Notes under the pieces: model-generated
Seen by the model: only the letters and a program-made list of their open reading frames with translations
What the model was told of the DNA's origin: nothing
Databases searched by the model: none
Shown: positions 46,944 to 59,085 of the stretch, piece by piece
Numbering within the stretch: the stretch's first letter is position 1
Layout of the letters: every line of letters starts with the position of its first letter
Origin: Patescibacteria group bacterium
Lineage (GTDB): Bacteria; Patescibacteriota; Patescibacteriia; 2-01-FULL-39-33
DNA length: 64,000 bases
Direction: 5' to 3'
Assembly (NCBI GenBank): GCA_041650895.1
Contig: JBAZKF010000001.1
Span: 359,156-423,155 of the forward strand
Made by a program: the position numbers and the translations under genes

Positions 46944-49900
46944 TTAGAGCTTGCCGTAAACAAAGCCGGTACCGGCCGGAATCTTGCGACCGATGATAAT
47001 GTTTTCTTTCGGTCCGGTCAAATCGTCTGTTTTGCCGGTAATAGCGGCGTTAATTAACACTTTAGCCGTCTCTTGAAATGAGGCGGAAGCCAGCCAGGAA
47101 CGAGTAGACAAAGAAACCTTGGTAATGCCCATAAGCAACTGCTCATATTGGGCCAAAGTCTTTTTATGCTTCTTTAATTCGTTATTGGCATTGGCGACAT
47201 CCACATATTCCACCACTTCACCCGGCATGAAATCGGAATCACCGGAATCCAGCACATACACCTTGGAAAACATCTGACGCACGATCACTTCAACGTGTTT
47301 GTCATTGATCTTCTGGCCCTGACTGGAATAAATATGCTGAATTTCCTTCATGATATACTTCTTGGTGAAATCAGCTTCTTTTAATTTATGCAATTGATGC
47401 AAATCAAGAGGGCCTTCAGTCAACTGGTCGCCGGCCTCAACTTTGGAATTATCCTTAACCATAATTGATTTAACCGAGGCTACCAAATATTCTTTAACGC
47501 CCAACTCATTACCCAACAAAGTCAGGGAGTGTCCATCAATTTTGACCGTGCCGGCAAACGGTGAAAAATATTTATTTTCGCCGTTCTCATACAAGACCTG
47601 GCCGTCTTTGACTTCATCGCCGTCTTTGACCTGCAGGACAACCTTCTTGCCTTTAGGTATATTGATTTTCTTTTCTTTATCCTGATCAAAGGAAATCTCC
47701 AAAATCCTCTCTTTGCCCGAGGTCTTGATTATGGGCTGGCCATCCTCGCTGATGATTTCTCGCTGGCGCGGTTCCTTGATATGCACAATACCGGAAACAT
47801 CGGCAATAATCGCCTTGTTCTTCGGCGTGCGCGCCTCAAAAATTTCCTCCACGCGCGGCAAACCTTGCGTAATATCGCTTTCAGAAGCCACACCGCCGGT
47901 ATGGAAAGTTCTCATGGTCAGCTGAGTACCGGGTTCGCCCACGGATTCAGCGGCGATAACGCCCACGGCCACGCCCAATTCCACTGGTTTATTATAAGCC
48001 AAGTCATAACCATAGCATTTGGAACAAACACCGCGAATATTCTTGCAAGTCATGACTGAGCGATAGGTCGCTTCTTCAATCTCCGCCGAACCGATCTTAG
48101 CCGCTACTTCTTCCGTCACCATCTCTCCGGCCTTGGCCACCACCTTCTTGCCGGCGATCAAATCCTTAACCAGATAACGTCCCAGCAAGCGGTTAGCCAA
48201 CTTATCGCCCATGACTTCTGATTCGGCCTTAGTAACAGTCAAACCGGAAGTATCATGGCAATCCTCATTATTAATAACTATGTCTTGCGCCACATCCACC
48301 AAACGGCGAGTCAAGTAACCGGCAGAAGAAGTACGCAAAGCCGTATCGGATAAGCCCTTTCTGGCACCATGGCTGGAAATAAAGAATTCCAAAACATTAA
48401 AGCCGCGCTTGAAATTGTTTTTGACCGGTAATTCAATAACTTCGTAATTAGGATTGACCACCGGGCCCTTCATGCCGATCATCTGCGACAACTGTCCCCA
48501 GGAACCGCGGGCGCCCGAATCAATCATGGACAAAATGGAATTGCCTTCGGTCATGCAATGTTTGACCTTATCTAAAATCTGAGTATTGATGCGCAACCAA
48601 TTTTCCACAATCTTCTCATGGCGTTCGTCTTCGGTCAGAAGACCCATCATATACTGACTGTCAATAACATCAACCTCCTTGTCCCCTTTCGCCACCAATT
48701 CATCACGACCTTCTACATTGACTAAATCGGCAATACCGAAAGATTGAGCGGATAAGGTCAAATATTTAAAACCGGTATCTTTCATGGCGTCCAAAGTCTT
48801 AACGGTCGCTTCGGGACCGAATTGATAAAGCACGTCAGCCAAAATTTTAGACAAATCTTTCTTACTCACGCGTTTATTGACAAAGTCAAACTCCGCCGGC
48901 AGAACCGCATTGAAAATAATACGTCCGACGGAAGTCTCCAATAATTCTTTCTTGGAACGTTTATCGGTTTTTCTGGCGTATAAAACCTTAATCTTTGATT
49001 GCAAAGAAATAATATGCTTATCAACGGCCAAAATCGCCTCATCCAAAGAAGAAAATGCCCGGACCGGCTGGCTTTCATCCAGAGTAGTCAAATAGTAACA
49101 GCCCCAGACGATATCTTGGTTAGGCGTAACAATTGGTTGTCCGCTGGCCGGTTTCAATAGATTTTTAGAAGCCAGCATTCTCTCGGCCGCCTCTTTATTG
49201 GCGTCCTCAGATAACGGTACATGGACGGCCATCTGGTCGCCGTCAAAGTCAGCGTTGAAAGCGGCGCAAACCAAAGGATGGATTTGAATAGCCAAACCCT
49301 CAATCAAAATCGGTTTAAACGCCTGGATACCCAAACGATGTAAAGTCGGAGCACGATTCAATAAAACATGAGCGCCTTTGACCACTTCCTCCAAAATGTC
49401 CCAGACTTCGTCATGCTTGGCGTCGATATAACGATTGGCGCTTCTGATATTATGCACAATACCGCGCTCGATTAATTTGGAAATAATAAACGGTTTAAAT
49501 AACTCCAAAGCCATAATCTTAGGAATACCGCATTGATCCAAACGCAATTTTGGGCCGACTACGATAACTGAACGGCCGGAATAATCGATGCGTTTGCCCA
49601 ACAAGTTCTGACGAAAACGGCCCTGTTTGCCCTTAAGAATATCGGCTAAGGATTTAAGCATGCGCTTCTGCCCGGTCGAGGCCACTACAGTCTTGCCATG
49701 GCGCGCATTATTATCGATTAGAGAATCTACCGCTTCCTGCAACATGCGTTTCTCGTTTCTAGTGATAACTTCGGGCGCATTAAGCTCCTGCAACTGTTTT
49801 AAACGATTGTTGCGGTTAATAACGCGACGATACAAGTCATTCAAATCGGAAGTGGCGAAACGTCCGCCATCAAGCGGTACCATAGGACGCAAATCCGGCG

Positions 49901-50831
49901 GGATTACCGGAACGGCGGTCAAAACCATCCATTCGGGACGGAGGCCGTTCTTGATCAAGTTGTTAAAAAATTTGACACGGCGGATCAGCTTATCTTTCTT
50001 GGCGCCGACTGTAACGATGATTTGCTTATCAAGCTCTTCCACGGTCTTAGTCAAATCAATACGCGACATCAACTCGCGAATCGCTTCCGCGCCGATGCCC
50101 GCTTCAAAAATATGACCGTATTTCAATGACAACTCATGAAAGGTATGCTCGGAAATAATCTTTAAGGGGCGGATTTCTTTGAGTTCGCTTTCCGCCATCA
50201 AGACAGTCTCTTCCAATTCCTTCAATTTTTCATCGCGCAACTTGGCAAAATTCTCCAAGGCTTCGGACTTTTCCGCCTCAGGATTGCCGGAAGCGCTCAG
50301 CTGTTTGACTTTATTATCATAATCAGCTTCAATCTGCTTGCGGTATTGCTTATACTCCCCTCGCAACTGTTCAAATGTCTGACTCTTTAAATCTTCATTG
50401 ACATTGGTAATGATAAAATCAGCAAAATAAATAACTTTTTCCAAATTCTGGACAGACATGTCCAACGCCAAGCCGATCTTGGACGGAATACCGCGCAAGA
50501 ACCAAATATGCGAAACCGGGGACGCCAAATCAATATGACCCATGCGTTCGCGGCGTACCACGGCGCGAGTCACTTCTACGCCACATTTGTCGCAGATAAT
50601 GCCCTTATACCGAATTTTCTTGTATTTGCCGCAATAGCATTCCCAATCTTTAATCGGACCAAAAATACGTTCGCAGAATAAGCCGTCTTTTTCCGGCTTC
50701 TGCGTACGGTAATTAATGGTTTCGGGACGCGTCACCTCGCCGTGCGACCAGGTATGGATATCCTCGGGCGATGCCATTTTTAACCGAATAGAGTCAAAAT
50801 GGATGTTGGGCACTTGTTCTTGGTTGAACAT
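46944..50831 (-). CDS. rpoC: DNA-directed RNA polymerase subunit beta'
   Basis: 1295 aa with a Zn-binding CxxC…CxxC region, the NADFDGD catalytic motif and other conserved blocks. Confidence 0.95.
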   Translation of the reverse strand: MFNQEQVPNIHFDSIRLKMASPEDIHTWSHGEVTRPETINYRTQKPEKDGLFCERIFGPIKDWECYCGKYKKIRYKGIICDKCGVEVTRAVVRRERMGHIDLASPVSHIWFLRGIPSKIGLALDMSVQNLEKVIYFADFIITNVNEDLKSQTFEQLRGEYKQYRKQIEADYDNKVKQLSASGNPEAEKSEALENFAKLRDEKLKELEETVLMAESELKEIRPLKIISEHTFHELSLKYGHIFEAGIGAEAIRELMSRIDLTKTVEELDKQIIVTVGAKKDKLIRRVKFFNNLIKNGLRPEWMVLTAVPVIPPDLRPMVPLDGGRFATSDLNDLYRRVINRNNRLKQLQELNAPEVITRNEKRMLQEAVDSLIDNNARHGKTVVASTGQKRMLKSLADILKGKQGRFRQNLLGKRIDYSGRSVIVVGPKLRLDQCGIPKIMALELFKPFIISKLIERGIVHNIRSANRYIDAKHDEVWDILEEVVKGAHVLLNRAPTLHRLGIQAFKPILIEGLAIQIHPLVCAAFNADFDGDQMAVHVPLSEDANKEAAERMLASKNLLKPASGQPIVTPNQDIVWGCYYLTTLDESQPVRAFSSLDEAILAVDKHIISLQSKIKVLYARKTDKRSKKELLETSVGRIIFNAVLPAEFDFVNKRVSKKDLSKILADVLYQFGPEATVKTLDAMKDTGFKYLTLSAQSFGIADLVNVEGRDELVAKGDKEVDVIDSQYMMGLLTEDERHEKIVENWLRINTQILDKVKHCMTEGNSILSMIDSGARGSWGQLSQMIGMKGPVVNPNYEVIELPVKNNFKRGFNVLEFFISSHGARKGLSDTALRTSSAGYLTRRLVDVAQDIVINNEDCHDTSGLTVTKAESEVMGDKLANRLLGRYLVKDLIAGKKVVAKAGEMVTEEVAAKIGSAEIEEATYRSVMTCKNIRGVCSKCYGYDLAYNKPVELGVAVGVIAAESVGEPGTQLTMRTFHTGGVASESDITQGLPRVEEIFEARTPKNKAIIADVSGIVHIKEPRQREIISEDGQPIIKTSGKERILEISFDQDKEKKINIPKGKKVVLQVKDGDEVKDGQVLYENGENKYFSPFAGTVKIDGHSLTLLGNELGVKEYLVASVKSIMVKDNSKVEAGDQLTEGPLDLHQLHKLKEADFTKKYIMKEIQHIYSSQGQKINDKHVEVIVRQMFSKVYVLDSGDSDFMPGEVVEYVDVANANNELKKHKKTLAQYEQLLMGITKVSLSTRSWLASASFQETAKVLINAAITGKTDDLTGPKENIIIGRKIPAGTGFVYGKL

Positions 50832-50859
50832 ATTATGTTAGTAATTAGGAATAAAGAAA

Positions 50860-53800
50860 TTAAGCGTCTATTTCCTCATCGTCTTTTATCATGCCGGACT
50901 CGATCTTATCATCAGCGTTCCTGATCGGCTTATTATTTTCCAACAATTCCACATTAAGCGCCAATCCCTTAAGTTCACGAATCAAAACGTTAAACGATTC
51001 CGGAATATATAAGTTAGTAATAGGTTCACCCTTGATGATGTTTTCGTAAGTCTTGCTGCGGCCGACCACATCATCGGATTTGATGGTTAAAATCTCCTGC
51101 AAGGTCGCGGCGGCGCCATAGGCTTCCAGCGCCCACACTTCCATTTCGCCGAATCTTTGTCCGCCGAATTGCGCTTTACCGCCCAAAGGCTGTTGAGTAA
51201 TCAAGGAATAAGGGCCGATAGAACGAGCATGAATCTTATCTTCCACCAAATGATTCAACTTCAACATATACACCATGCCGACAGTTGATTTCTTGGCAAA
51301 GGATTCACCGGTACGGCCATCATACAATTGAATACGCCCATCTTCCGGATAACCAGCGGCTTTAAGCTGTTCACGGATATTATCTTCGGTCGCGCCATTA
51401 AAGACGTTGGTCGCCACTTTATAACCCAAAGCTTTGGCGGCCAGACCCAAATGAGTCTCCAAAATCTGTCCCAGGTTCATACGGGAAACAACGCCTAAGG
51501 GAGACAGGATAATATCAACCGGTGTGCCATCAGCCAAATGCGGCATATCTTCTACGGGCACAACCTTGGAAATAACACCCTTATTGCCGTGACGGCCGGC
51601 CATTTTATCGCCGACTTGCACCTTGCGCAAAGAAGCGACAGTCACCTGAACCATCTTAATCATGCCGGCTGACATCTTATCGCCGTTCTCGCGGGAGAAA
51701 ATCTTGATATCAATCACCTTGCCGGAAGAACCATGCTCCAAGTATAAAGAAGAATCGCGGACGTCTCGAGCTTTTTCACCAAAAATGGCGCGCAACAATT
51801 TCTCTTCGGCCGACAGTTCGGTTTCGCCCTTTGGCGTAATCTTACCGCACAGAATATCGCCGGACTTGACGGTGGCGCCGATGCGCACAATTCCTTCCTC
51901 ATCCAAATCTTTTAACTTTTCTTCACTAATATTAGGAATATCGGAAGTAACGATTTCCGGACCCAGTTTAGTCTCACGCACTTCGCAAGTATAATTTTCA
52001 ATATGAATCGAAGAATAACGATCCTTCTGCACTAATTTTTCCGACAGGATAATCGCGTCTTCATAGTTATATCCCTGCCACGGCATGAAAGCGACCAAAA
52101 CATTCTGACCCAAAGACAGTTCTCCCTGATCGGTGCCGGGCCCGTCAGCCAAAACATCACCCTTCTTAATTTCCTGATCAATACTGACAATCGGCTTCTG
52201 GTTAATGCAGGTGGAAGCATTAGAGCGGGTATATTTGGTCAAACGGTAAGTATCTATTTTATTATTTTTATTCAAAATTTCAATCTTGTCGCCATGCAAA
52301 CCGATGACTTTGCCGTCTTCTTTGGCTAAAGCCACATGGCCGGAATCGCGAGCGGCGATGCGCTCCAGTCCGGTGCCGATCAGAGGCGCTTGCGGCCTGA
52401 CCACGCAAACAGCTTGGCGTTGCATGTTCGTACCCATCAACGCGCGGACAGCGTCATCATGTTCCAAAAACGGAATACAAGAAGTGGCAATAGAAACAAT
52501 CTGGTTGGACGACACGTCCATATAATCAACTTGATTGGTGGGAGCGACAGTCGGATTCAATTTAACGCGAGCCTCCACTTTATCAGATTTAAAATATCCC
52601 CCTTCATCCAATTCCGTATTATACGGAGTGGTAGTGGAACGAGATTCCTCAAAAGCATCAATATATTTAATTTCATCGGTCACGCGCGGCTTAACGCTGA
52701 TCTTTTTCAATTCGGCGTTTTCTGCCAAAACCTTGGCGATTTCTTTAGAAATTTTCTCTCCGGCCTTGACTGCGACCGAACCGCTTCCGTCTTTCAGATC
52801 AACTTGGGCGATTTCGCCGACAGCGGCCTTGCCATCATTAACCAAAGTATGGGCCACTTTATAATAAGGGGCTTCAATAAAACCATATTCGTTAATACGG
52901 CAATAACCGGCCAAATGGCCGACCAAACCGATATTGGGACCTTCCGGAGTGGCAATCGGGCAGATTCTGCCATAATGAGTCGGGTGTACGTCGCGCACTT
53001 CAAAACCGGCGCGTTCGCGGGATAAGCCGCCCGGACCAAGCGCCGAGATTCTGCGTTTATGCTCCAGCTCGGCCAAAGGATTGACCTGATCCATAAACTG
53101 CGACAGCTGGGAAGACATGAAAAATTCCTTGACCACCGACATTAATGGTCGCGCGTTGATTAATTTTGACGGGTTTAAGGTGGTAACATCCAAAGTGGAC
53201 ATGCGATCTTTAATGATCCTCTCCATTCTAGCTAAACCGATGCGGAACTTAGCCTGGACTAATTCGCCTACGGCCTTAACCCGGCGATTTCCCAGATGAT
53301 CAATATCATCAGCTTGCTCCTGAGTCAAAGTCAGGCGCATGATTTCTTTCAAAATATTAATAATATCTTCTTTCAGCAAGACTCTGCTCTCTTTATTGAT
53401 TTCGCGATCGCTTTCAAAACGCTGATTCATCTTATAGCGACCCACTGAACCGAAATCGTAACGCGAAAAATTAAAAAACATGTTATCAATCAACTGTTTG
53501 GCATTATCGGGCGCAGCCAGATCTCCCGGACGAATACGCTTATAGACTTCAATCAAGCCTTCGGCTTCATTTTCTGAGACGTCTTTCTTGATGGTCGCCT
53601 CAATAAACTCTTCGGCGCCTTCAAAATCAGTGAATTGGCCAAGTATTTCTTCATTGCTGGAAAAACCGAAAGCGCGCAACAAAGCGGTTGCGGCTACTTT
53701 TCTTTTGCGGTCAATCTTAACCCAAAGCACTTTATTCAAATCAGTTTCAAACTCCAGCCAAGAACCGCGATTAGGAATGACTTTAGCACCGTATAATTTG

Positions 53801-54264
53801 CGATCAACTGCCGGAGTGGAAGTAAAGAAAACACCGGCCGATCGGACTAATTGAGAAACAACGACACGCTCAATACCATTAACGATAAACGTACCGCGAT
53901 CGGTCATCAAAGGATAATCGCCCAAATAAATCTCCTGTTCCATGCTTTGGCCGGTCTTTTTATTAACCAACTTAACATTAACGCGTAATGGCGCTTCATA
54001 AGTAATATTCTTCTCCTTGGAGGCCACTTCATCAAATTTGGGTTCATCCATGTAATAATTCATGAAATACACCTCTAAATCTCGGCCGATAAAGTCGGTA
54101 ATCGGTGAAAATTCATCCAAAAGCTCGCGCAAACCAACTTTCCAGAACCAGTCATAAGACCATTTCTGCAATTCAATCAAATCAGGCGCCTGAAACAAAT
54201 TTTTTGTTAGAGGCGCAAAATTAACTCGACCGTTAACCACGTTCAAATTATTTTTATTAGACAT
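50860..54264 (-). CDS. rpoB: DNA-directed RNA polymerase subunit beta
   Basis: 1134 aa with conserved β-subunit blocks. Confidence 0.95.
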   Translation of the reverse strand: MSNKNNLNVVNGRVNFAPLTKNLFQAPDLIELQKWSYDWFWKVGLRELLDEFSPITDFIGRDLEVYFMNYYMDEPKFDEVASKEKNITYEAPLRVNVKLVNKKTGQSMEQEIYLGDYPLMTDRGTFIVNGIERVVVSQLVRSAGVFFTSTPAVDRKLYGAKVIPNRGSWLEFETDLNKVLWVKIDRKRKVAATALLRAFGFSSNEEILGQFTDFEGAEEFIEATIKKDVSENEAEGLIEVYKRIRPGDLAAPDNAKQLIDNMFFNFSRYDFGSVGRYKMNQRFESDREINKESRVLLKEDIINILKEIMRLTLTQEQADDIDHLGNRRVKAVGELVQAKFRIGLARMERIIKDRMSTLDVTTLNPSKLINARPLMSVVKEFFMSSQLSQFMDQVNPLAELEHKRRISALGPGGLSRERAGFEVRDVHPTHYGRICPIATPEGPNIGLVGHLAGYCRINEYGFIEAPYYKVAHTLVNDGKAAVGEIAQVDLKDGSGSVAVKAGEKISKEIAKVLAENAELKKISVKPRVTDEIKYIDAFEESRSTTTPYNTELDEGGYFKSDKVEARVKLNPTVAPTNQVDYMDVSSNQIVSIATSCIPFLEHDDAVRALMGTNMQRQAVCVVRPQAPLIGTGLERIAARDSGHVALAKEDGKVIGLHGDKIEILNKNNKIDTYRLTKYTRSNASTCINQKPIVSIDQEIKKGDVLADGPGTDQGELSLGQNVLVAFMPWQGYNYEDAIILSEKLVQKDRYSSIHIENYTCEVRETKLGPEIVTSDIPNISEEKLKDLDEEGIVRIGATVKSGDILCGKITPKGETELSAEEKLLRAIFGEKARDVRDSSLYLEHGSSGKVIDIKIFSRENGDKMSAGMIKMVQVTVASLRKVQVGDKMAGRHGNKGVISKVVPVEDMPHLADGTPVDIILSPLGVVSRMNLGQILETHLGLAAKALGYKVATNVFNGATEDNIREQLKAAGYPEDGRIQLYDGRTGESFAKKSTVGMVYMLKLNHLVEDKIHARSIGPYSLITQQPLGGKAQFGGQRFGEMEVWALEAYGAAATLQEILTIKSDDVVGRSKTYENIIKGEPITNLYIPESFNVLIRELKGLALNVELLENNKPIRNADDKIESGMIKDDEEIDA

Positions 54265-54753
54265 AAAAAAGCCCTCATTTCCCTTATTTTAGCCAAATAC
54301 TTGGCCATGAGCGTTAGAAATGAGTTCGATTATTTATTTATTGAGTTGTATTTTTAGAATAAGACACTAATTTTTACGGCTTATTAGTGTTCACAAGCAC
54401 TCTAAATGACTTCTCCGCCCGTTAGCGGATAAAGATTTAATATAATTATATTAACAGAAACGATAAAAGAAGTCAACACTTTTTTTGACCACTTGAGCAA
54501 GATTTTATTATTTGTCAAATAATAATTAATTATTATCTAAATTTAGCCAATAATAGGTATAAAATATCTAAAAAATTAAAATTATAAATTAAAAAATATT
54601 TGAGTTATCCACAGGTAGATTACTAATCTAATCAGTAGTCAAACTGCAATAGTTGATTTTTATGCTTCTTAGGATTATACTTACCAATACATTTTAGCAA
54701 AAAATGAGGCACTTTACAAAATCATTGCACAAAACGCAAAGGAGTAAAAAACG

Positions 54754-56472
54754 ATGATAGTCCCACGAGTTAAGCTTTTACGCCTGATTATCCCCGCCTA
54801 TCCCCCATTTAATCCTTATAATCAGTTTTATAGCCGTACGACCGCCCTGGGAGCGATCCTGACTGCCTCGGCGGCTAACAAAATACCGGATTGGGAAGTT
54901 GAGGTAATTGACGAAAATAACTGCCCCAATACTCCTGCCTGGCTGAAATTGACACCCGATGGCCGGATTGACCATCAAACCTTGCAAAAAGAACGGCCGG
55001 CAGATATTGTCGCTTTATGCGCCTCACTCAGTTCAACCATGCCCCGCGTCTTTGAATTGGCCGAGACTTACCAATCATGCGGAATACTAACGGTGGCTGG
55101 CGGTTATCACGTTACCGCTTTACCCGAGGAAGCGCTTGATCATTATCTGGATATCGTGATTACGGATGACGAAGAAAAAACAATCATGCAAGTCATGAAA
55201 GTTTACGATTCTTTATGTCAGGATATTAATTATGACTTATACCTGGCAAACAGAGCGATAGAAACCTATAAAAATAATCGCTCGTCTCATTTTTATGAGC
55301 TGGAAGAAAATATAAAGAACTATTGGCTTAAAGTGGACGGCATTGCCTTTCGGCATATTAATGAAACCATAATCAACCCGCTTGCCAACCGACCATACAA
55401 CTGCCGACCGGCATCATTGCCTGATTTTAGTTTGTTGCGTTACGCCAAATTGGAAGTCTATCCTATTAATTGGCACCGTGGCTGTCCGCTTAGATGCGAG
55501 TTCTGCGCCGTCAGAGAAAAACCCAGCAAGGAGTCGGCTCTTGATCTGTTTAAAGTTGTCCGACATTATCATGAAAAATTCGGGGCTGATAACTTTTTTA
55601 TCGTTGACGATCGTTTTGGCGGCAATCTAAACAACAAAACAGAACGCGATGAACTGATCTCGGCCTTGAAACTGCTCATCACTTACCAAAAAAAAGTCAG
55701 GCGGAACTTTAGCTTCAGCGCCCAATTGGAACTTAATGCTTCAGATGATACCAAACTTCTTTTATTACTATATCAAGCAGGAATAAACACCGTACGCTTA
55801 AGCTATGATTCGTCCATTATTGAGGCTCCGGAGATTAATGATGGAACCCACCATCAAGCGACCAAAGGCCACACTATAAAATGGCGCACTATGGTTTATT
55901 ATACTCGGCAATGGCATCAGGCGGGATTTCTCGTCCATGGCATGTTTATTTTCAATTATCCCCAAAAGGCGGAAACGATTGCCGATTGGGCTAATGAATT
56001 AAAACAACACGGGGAGTTGAGCGCCGAAACAGAAAAGATTATTAATCTTGTGGCCGAAGCCGAACAAACCTGCGGCCTCAACGAGTTGCCGACAATAAAA
56101 GATCGAGTCCGCGCCGTAAAAGAATTCATCAAATGGGCGAGAATAGATACAATACAAGTAACTCTGGCTGTGCCTTCGCCGGGAACCGCATTGCGCTCCC
56201 GATTGGAAAAATCAGGACAACTCTTCTCTCCGACAGAAGTCGGCTGGGAATACTATGACGGGCAATTCCCGCTATACCAGCCAAGCAACTGCGAAGCGGA
56301 AGAAATGTGGCAAGGAGCTCAAGACATTATGTCCGGCTTCTATGGCTTGAAGAATCTCTTCCGTCAACTTTCCGTAAGCGGTTGGGCGATCAAGAGAAAC
56401 CGGATGAATGAATCGGTACGCCATAATTTTTTGGGCAAACTAAAAAGAGCCAAAACAGCTCTTAACAAGTAA
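54754..56472 (+). CDS. B12-binding-domain radical SAM protein (class B-like), function unknown
   Basis: Carries the Cx3Cx2C motif (GCPLRCEFC) and an N-terminal cobalamin-binding-like Rossmann region. 572 aa. The track start may be a non-ATG codon. Confidence 0.65.
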   Translation: MIVPRVKLLRLIIPAYPPFNPYNQFYSRTTALGAILTASAANKIPDWEVEVIDENNCPNTPAWLKLTPDGRIDHQTLQKERPADIVALCASLSSTMPRVFELAETYQSCGILTVAGGYHVTALPEEALDHYLDIVITDDEEKTIMQVMKVYDSLCQDINYDLYLANRAIETYKNNRSSHFYELEENIKNYWLKVDGIAFRHINETIINPLANRPYNCRPASLPDFSLLRYAKLEVYPINWHRGCPLRCEFCAVREKPSKESALDLFKVVRHYHEKFGADNFFIVDDRFGGNLNNKTERDELISALKLLITYQKKVRRNFSFSAQLELNASDDTKLLLLLYQAGINTVRLSYDSSIIEAPEINDGTHHQATKGHTIKWRTMVYYTRQWHQAGFLVHGMFIFNYPQKAETIADWANELKQHGELSAETEKIINLVAEAEQTCGLNELPTIKDRVRAVKEFIKWARIDTIQVTLAVPSPGTALRSRLEKSGQLFSPTEVGWEYYDGQFPLYQPSNCEAEEMWQGAQDIMSGFYGLKNLFRQLSVSGWAIKRNRMNESVRHNFLGKLKRAKTALNK

Positions 56473-56479
56473 TCGTACT

Positions 56480-56788
56480 TTATACCGTTCGCTTCGACGA
56501 ACGGTTTTTCTTTTGCCAAAATTCTTCAATCTGCTTGGCGATTATTCCCGGTTTAGCGGTGTAAACAAATAAAAATTGCCTGGCGTTAATTCCGCGAACC
56601 ATCAGTTTCAACCCCGCCTCAATCGCTGTTATCTTTATCCGGCGCGGACCATGCTCAATGGACTTTATTTCACCGGTGACAATTTTCGTTACTAACGACT
56701 GGCGATATAGAAATTTCACCAACTTATCCGCTTCATCAATAACAGTAGAATGGCCCGAAGCGACTTTTTTTCCGGCAATATGCGGCAT
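56480..56788 (-). CDS. Hypothetical 102-aa protein
   Basis: Has an ORF; convergent with the rSAM gene. Confidence 0.35.
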   Translation of the reverse strand: MPHIAGKKVASGHSTVIDEADKLVKFLYRQSLVTKIVTGEIKSIEHGPRRIKITAIEAGLKLMVRGINARQFLFVYTAKPGIIAKQIEEFWQKKNRSSKRTV

Positions 56789-56812
56789 AAATAAATCAGC
56801 TAAAAAAACTAA

Positions 56813-58123
56813 TTAAAGTTGTTTAAGCAATTCCCTGACCACTCCCCGTTCATCCCATTTCAACTTACGGCCGTTAGCAACACAAATCGCCTGCTCCGAA
56901 CCCTTGCCGGTCAAAAGAACCAAATCGCCAGCCTGGGCCAGATCCAAGGCGAACTTGATAGCCTCGCGCCGATCCAAAATCCTAAACAAATTTTCGCCCT
57001 CAAGCTTGCCGGACTTACTGGCGCCCTCGGCCACCTGATCAATAATCATCTGCGGATCATCATCGTAAGGATCCTCATTAGTTATCACGCAAACGTCGGA
57101 ATTCTTTGCCGACAATTCTCCCAAAATCGGACGACGACTAATATCCCGGCCCCCGCCACAAGAACCAAAAACATGGATTATTTTGTTGTCAGTACCGACT
57201 AATTGATGGTCTTTGACGGTGGCGAACAATTGCCGCATCGATTCCGGTTCCGGCGCATAATCAACCAAAACCTTAAACGGCTGGCCAACAGCGATAAACT
57301 CCATTCGGCCGGGCACGCCAGCAACTTGCTCCAGAGATCCCCGGCATTGCGCGAGAGCCACTCCCTGCGACTGCGCCACGGCAATCGCCGCCAAAGAATT
57401 ATAAATATTGAATCTGCCGAACAGCTTAAGATCGAATTTTTCATCTCCGACAGTAAAACCGACACCATTGGGCTGATAAGAAACATTTTCCGCTTTGATT
57501 TGGTTGCTGTCAGCTAAACCAAAAATAGTTTTTTTATCAACTTGAAAATTCAAAAATTCTTTGGCATAACCGTCATCGCCGTTAGCGATTATGGCTTTAG
57601 TTATTTTTCGTCCGGCGATTATTTTAACCGGAGAATCCTCCAAATGCTGGAACAGCTTTAATTTGGCGTTTTTGTAATTTTCAAATCCGCCATGCGCTTC
57701 AATATGCTCCGGTGTCAAATTGGTAAAAACGCAAACGTCATAGTGAATCCCTAAATGGCGATACTGCTCAATACCCTGGGAGGAGGTTTCAATCACGGCA
57801 TACTGACAACCGGCGGAAACCATCTGAGAAAGCAGTCTTTGCAAGGCCAACCGCCCCAACATAGTCATTTTTTTATCATTCAGCTTCTCCTTATCAGCAA
57901 TTTTAAACAAGGTCGTAGAAGCGGCACCGACTTTATAACCGGCGCCTTCAAGAATTTCAGCGATCAGACTGACTGTGCTGGATTTGCCATTAGTGCCGGT
58001 TACCCCGATAACGATCATTTTTTCCGACGGCCGGCCATAAATAATATTGGCCAAAAGCGCCAAACACTTATGGTAAGTATTCAGCCAGGATACAGGAATG
58101 ACTTTTTTTATTTTAGCTAACAT
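56813..58123 (-). CDS. murE: Mur ligase family protein (MurE-like UDP-MurNAc-tripeptide synthetase)
   Basis: GVTGTNGKSST P-loop and the Mur ligase middle and C-terminal domains. Confidence 0.75.
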   Translation of the reverse strand: MLAKIKKVIPVSWLNTYHKCLALLANIIYGRPSEKMIVIGVTGTNGKSSTVSLIAEILEGAGYKVGAASTTLFKIADKEKLNDKKMTMLGRLALQRLLSQMVSAGCQYAVIETSSQGIEQYRHLGIHYDVCVFTNLTPEHIEAHGGFENYKNAKLKLFQHLEDSPVKIIAGRKITKAIIANGDDGYAKEFLNFQVDKKTIFGLADSNQIKAENVSYQPNGVGFTVGDEKFDLKLFGRFNIYNSLAAIAVAQSQGVALAQCRGSLEQVAGVPGRMEFIAVGQPFKVLVDYAPEPESMRQLFATVKDHQLVGTDNKIIHVFGSCGGGRDISRRPILGELSAKNSDVCVITNEDPYDDDPQMIIDQVAEGASKSGKLEGENLFRILDRREAIKFALDLAQAGDLVLLTGKGSEQAICVANGRKLKWDERGVVRELLKQL

Positions 58124-58137
58124 AGAATTTTAACGGG

Positions 58138-58761
58138 TTATCTTCCCAAAATCTTCAACGCTTCCTTAATCTTATCACCGGCGTCCAACGATTGGCACTG
58201 GCTAAGCGCCTCGCGCGCCTGGCCGGCCGAATAACCCAAGGACACCAGCGCTTCCAGGGCGTCGCCAAAGCTATCATTCCAAGAGGCGGCGGCGCCAGTC
58301 ATTGTTCCGCCCAATTTATCCTTAAGTCCTGTTACGATTTTTTCCGCGGTCTTAGGACCGATGCCGGAAACTTTAGCCAGAATCTCGTGATTACCGCTTT
58401 GCACGGCGGTAATAATATCATCGATCTTAGCTTTACGCAGAATATCCAAAGCGCTTCTGGGGCCGATGCCGGATAAGGATAGCAGTAACTCAAAAAATTC
58501 CAATTCCTCGTGAGTGGCAAAGCCGTACAAATCCAACACGCCTTCGGCCACTTGCGTATAAATAAAAGCTTCTGCCGTCTGGCCGATAGCTAAATCATTC
58601 AATAATCTGTCCAAAACATAAACTTTATAGCCGACCCCGCTAACATCAATCACCGCGAAGTTTTCCCTCTTCAGCTGATTGGATTTTAAGCGGACTTGGC
58701 CTTTAAGATAAGCAATCATAAACGCTTGACAAATGTTATTTACCTCATTATAATACAGCAA
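58138..58761 (-). CDS. ruvA: Holliday junction DNA helicase RuvA
   Basis: Contains the HhH motifs (…LLSLSGIGPRSALDIL… and …AKVSGIGPKTAEKIV…). Confidence 0.85.
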   Translation of the reverse strand: MLYYNEVNNICQAFMIAYLKGQVRLKSNQLKRENFAVIDVSGVGYKVYVLDRLLNDLAIGQTAEAFIYTQVAEGVLDLYGFATHEELEFFELLLSLSGIGPRSALDILRKAKIDDIITAVQSGNHEILAKVSGIGPKTAEKIVTGLKDKLGGTMTGAAASWNDSFGDALEALVSLGYSAGQAREALSQCQSLDAGDKIKEALKILGR

Positions 58762-58810
58762 AACAGAACATTTTACAACCTCAAAAAATCAAACCTTAAA
58801 GGAGGTAACT

Positions 58811-59014
58811 ATGCCCGACAATTGCCGACATATCCCGAAATTCGTAACAAAAGATGAGAGGGTTTGCCGATTATGCGGAAAAAAATTCGGAAGACATGAA
58901 GTGCTTACGCCGGAAGAAATAGCCGCATTGCTCGGGGCCGAACCGCCGACAAAAAAAAGATTCGTCGTGACCGGCGGACTCGGAGCATTTTTCTTATCTT
59001 GGCTTAAAAGGTAA
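58811..59014 (+). CDS. Small CxxC…CxxC protein with a C-terminal hydrophobic segment (hypothetical)
   Basis: Strong SD (AAAGGAGGtaactATG); 67 aa; followed by a terminator. Confidence 0.45.
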   Translation: MPDNCRHIPKFVTKDERVCRLCGKKFGRHEVLTPEEIAALLGAEPPTKKRFVVTGGLGAFFLSWLKR

Positions 59015-59050
59015 TTTTAATCGAACATTTAACTACTAGAATAAAAGCTG

Positions 59051-59085
59051 TCGAAAATTTTCGACAGCTTTTTATTTTTCTTATC
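59051..59085. terminator. Bidirectional terminator: perfect palindrome agctgtcgaaaattttcgacagct followed by a T-run
   Basis: The same 21-bp palindrome also occurs inside the glycosyltransferase gene at about 23833-23853. Confidence 0.6.

Noticed and set aside
47443-53854. Numerous 60–230-aa ORFs on either strand inside rpoC and rpoB.
   Set aside because: They are embedded in highly conserved RNAP coding sequence and are shadow or antisense ORFs.
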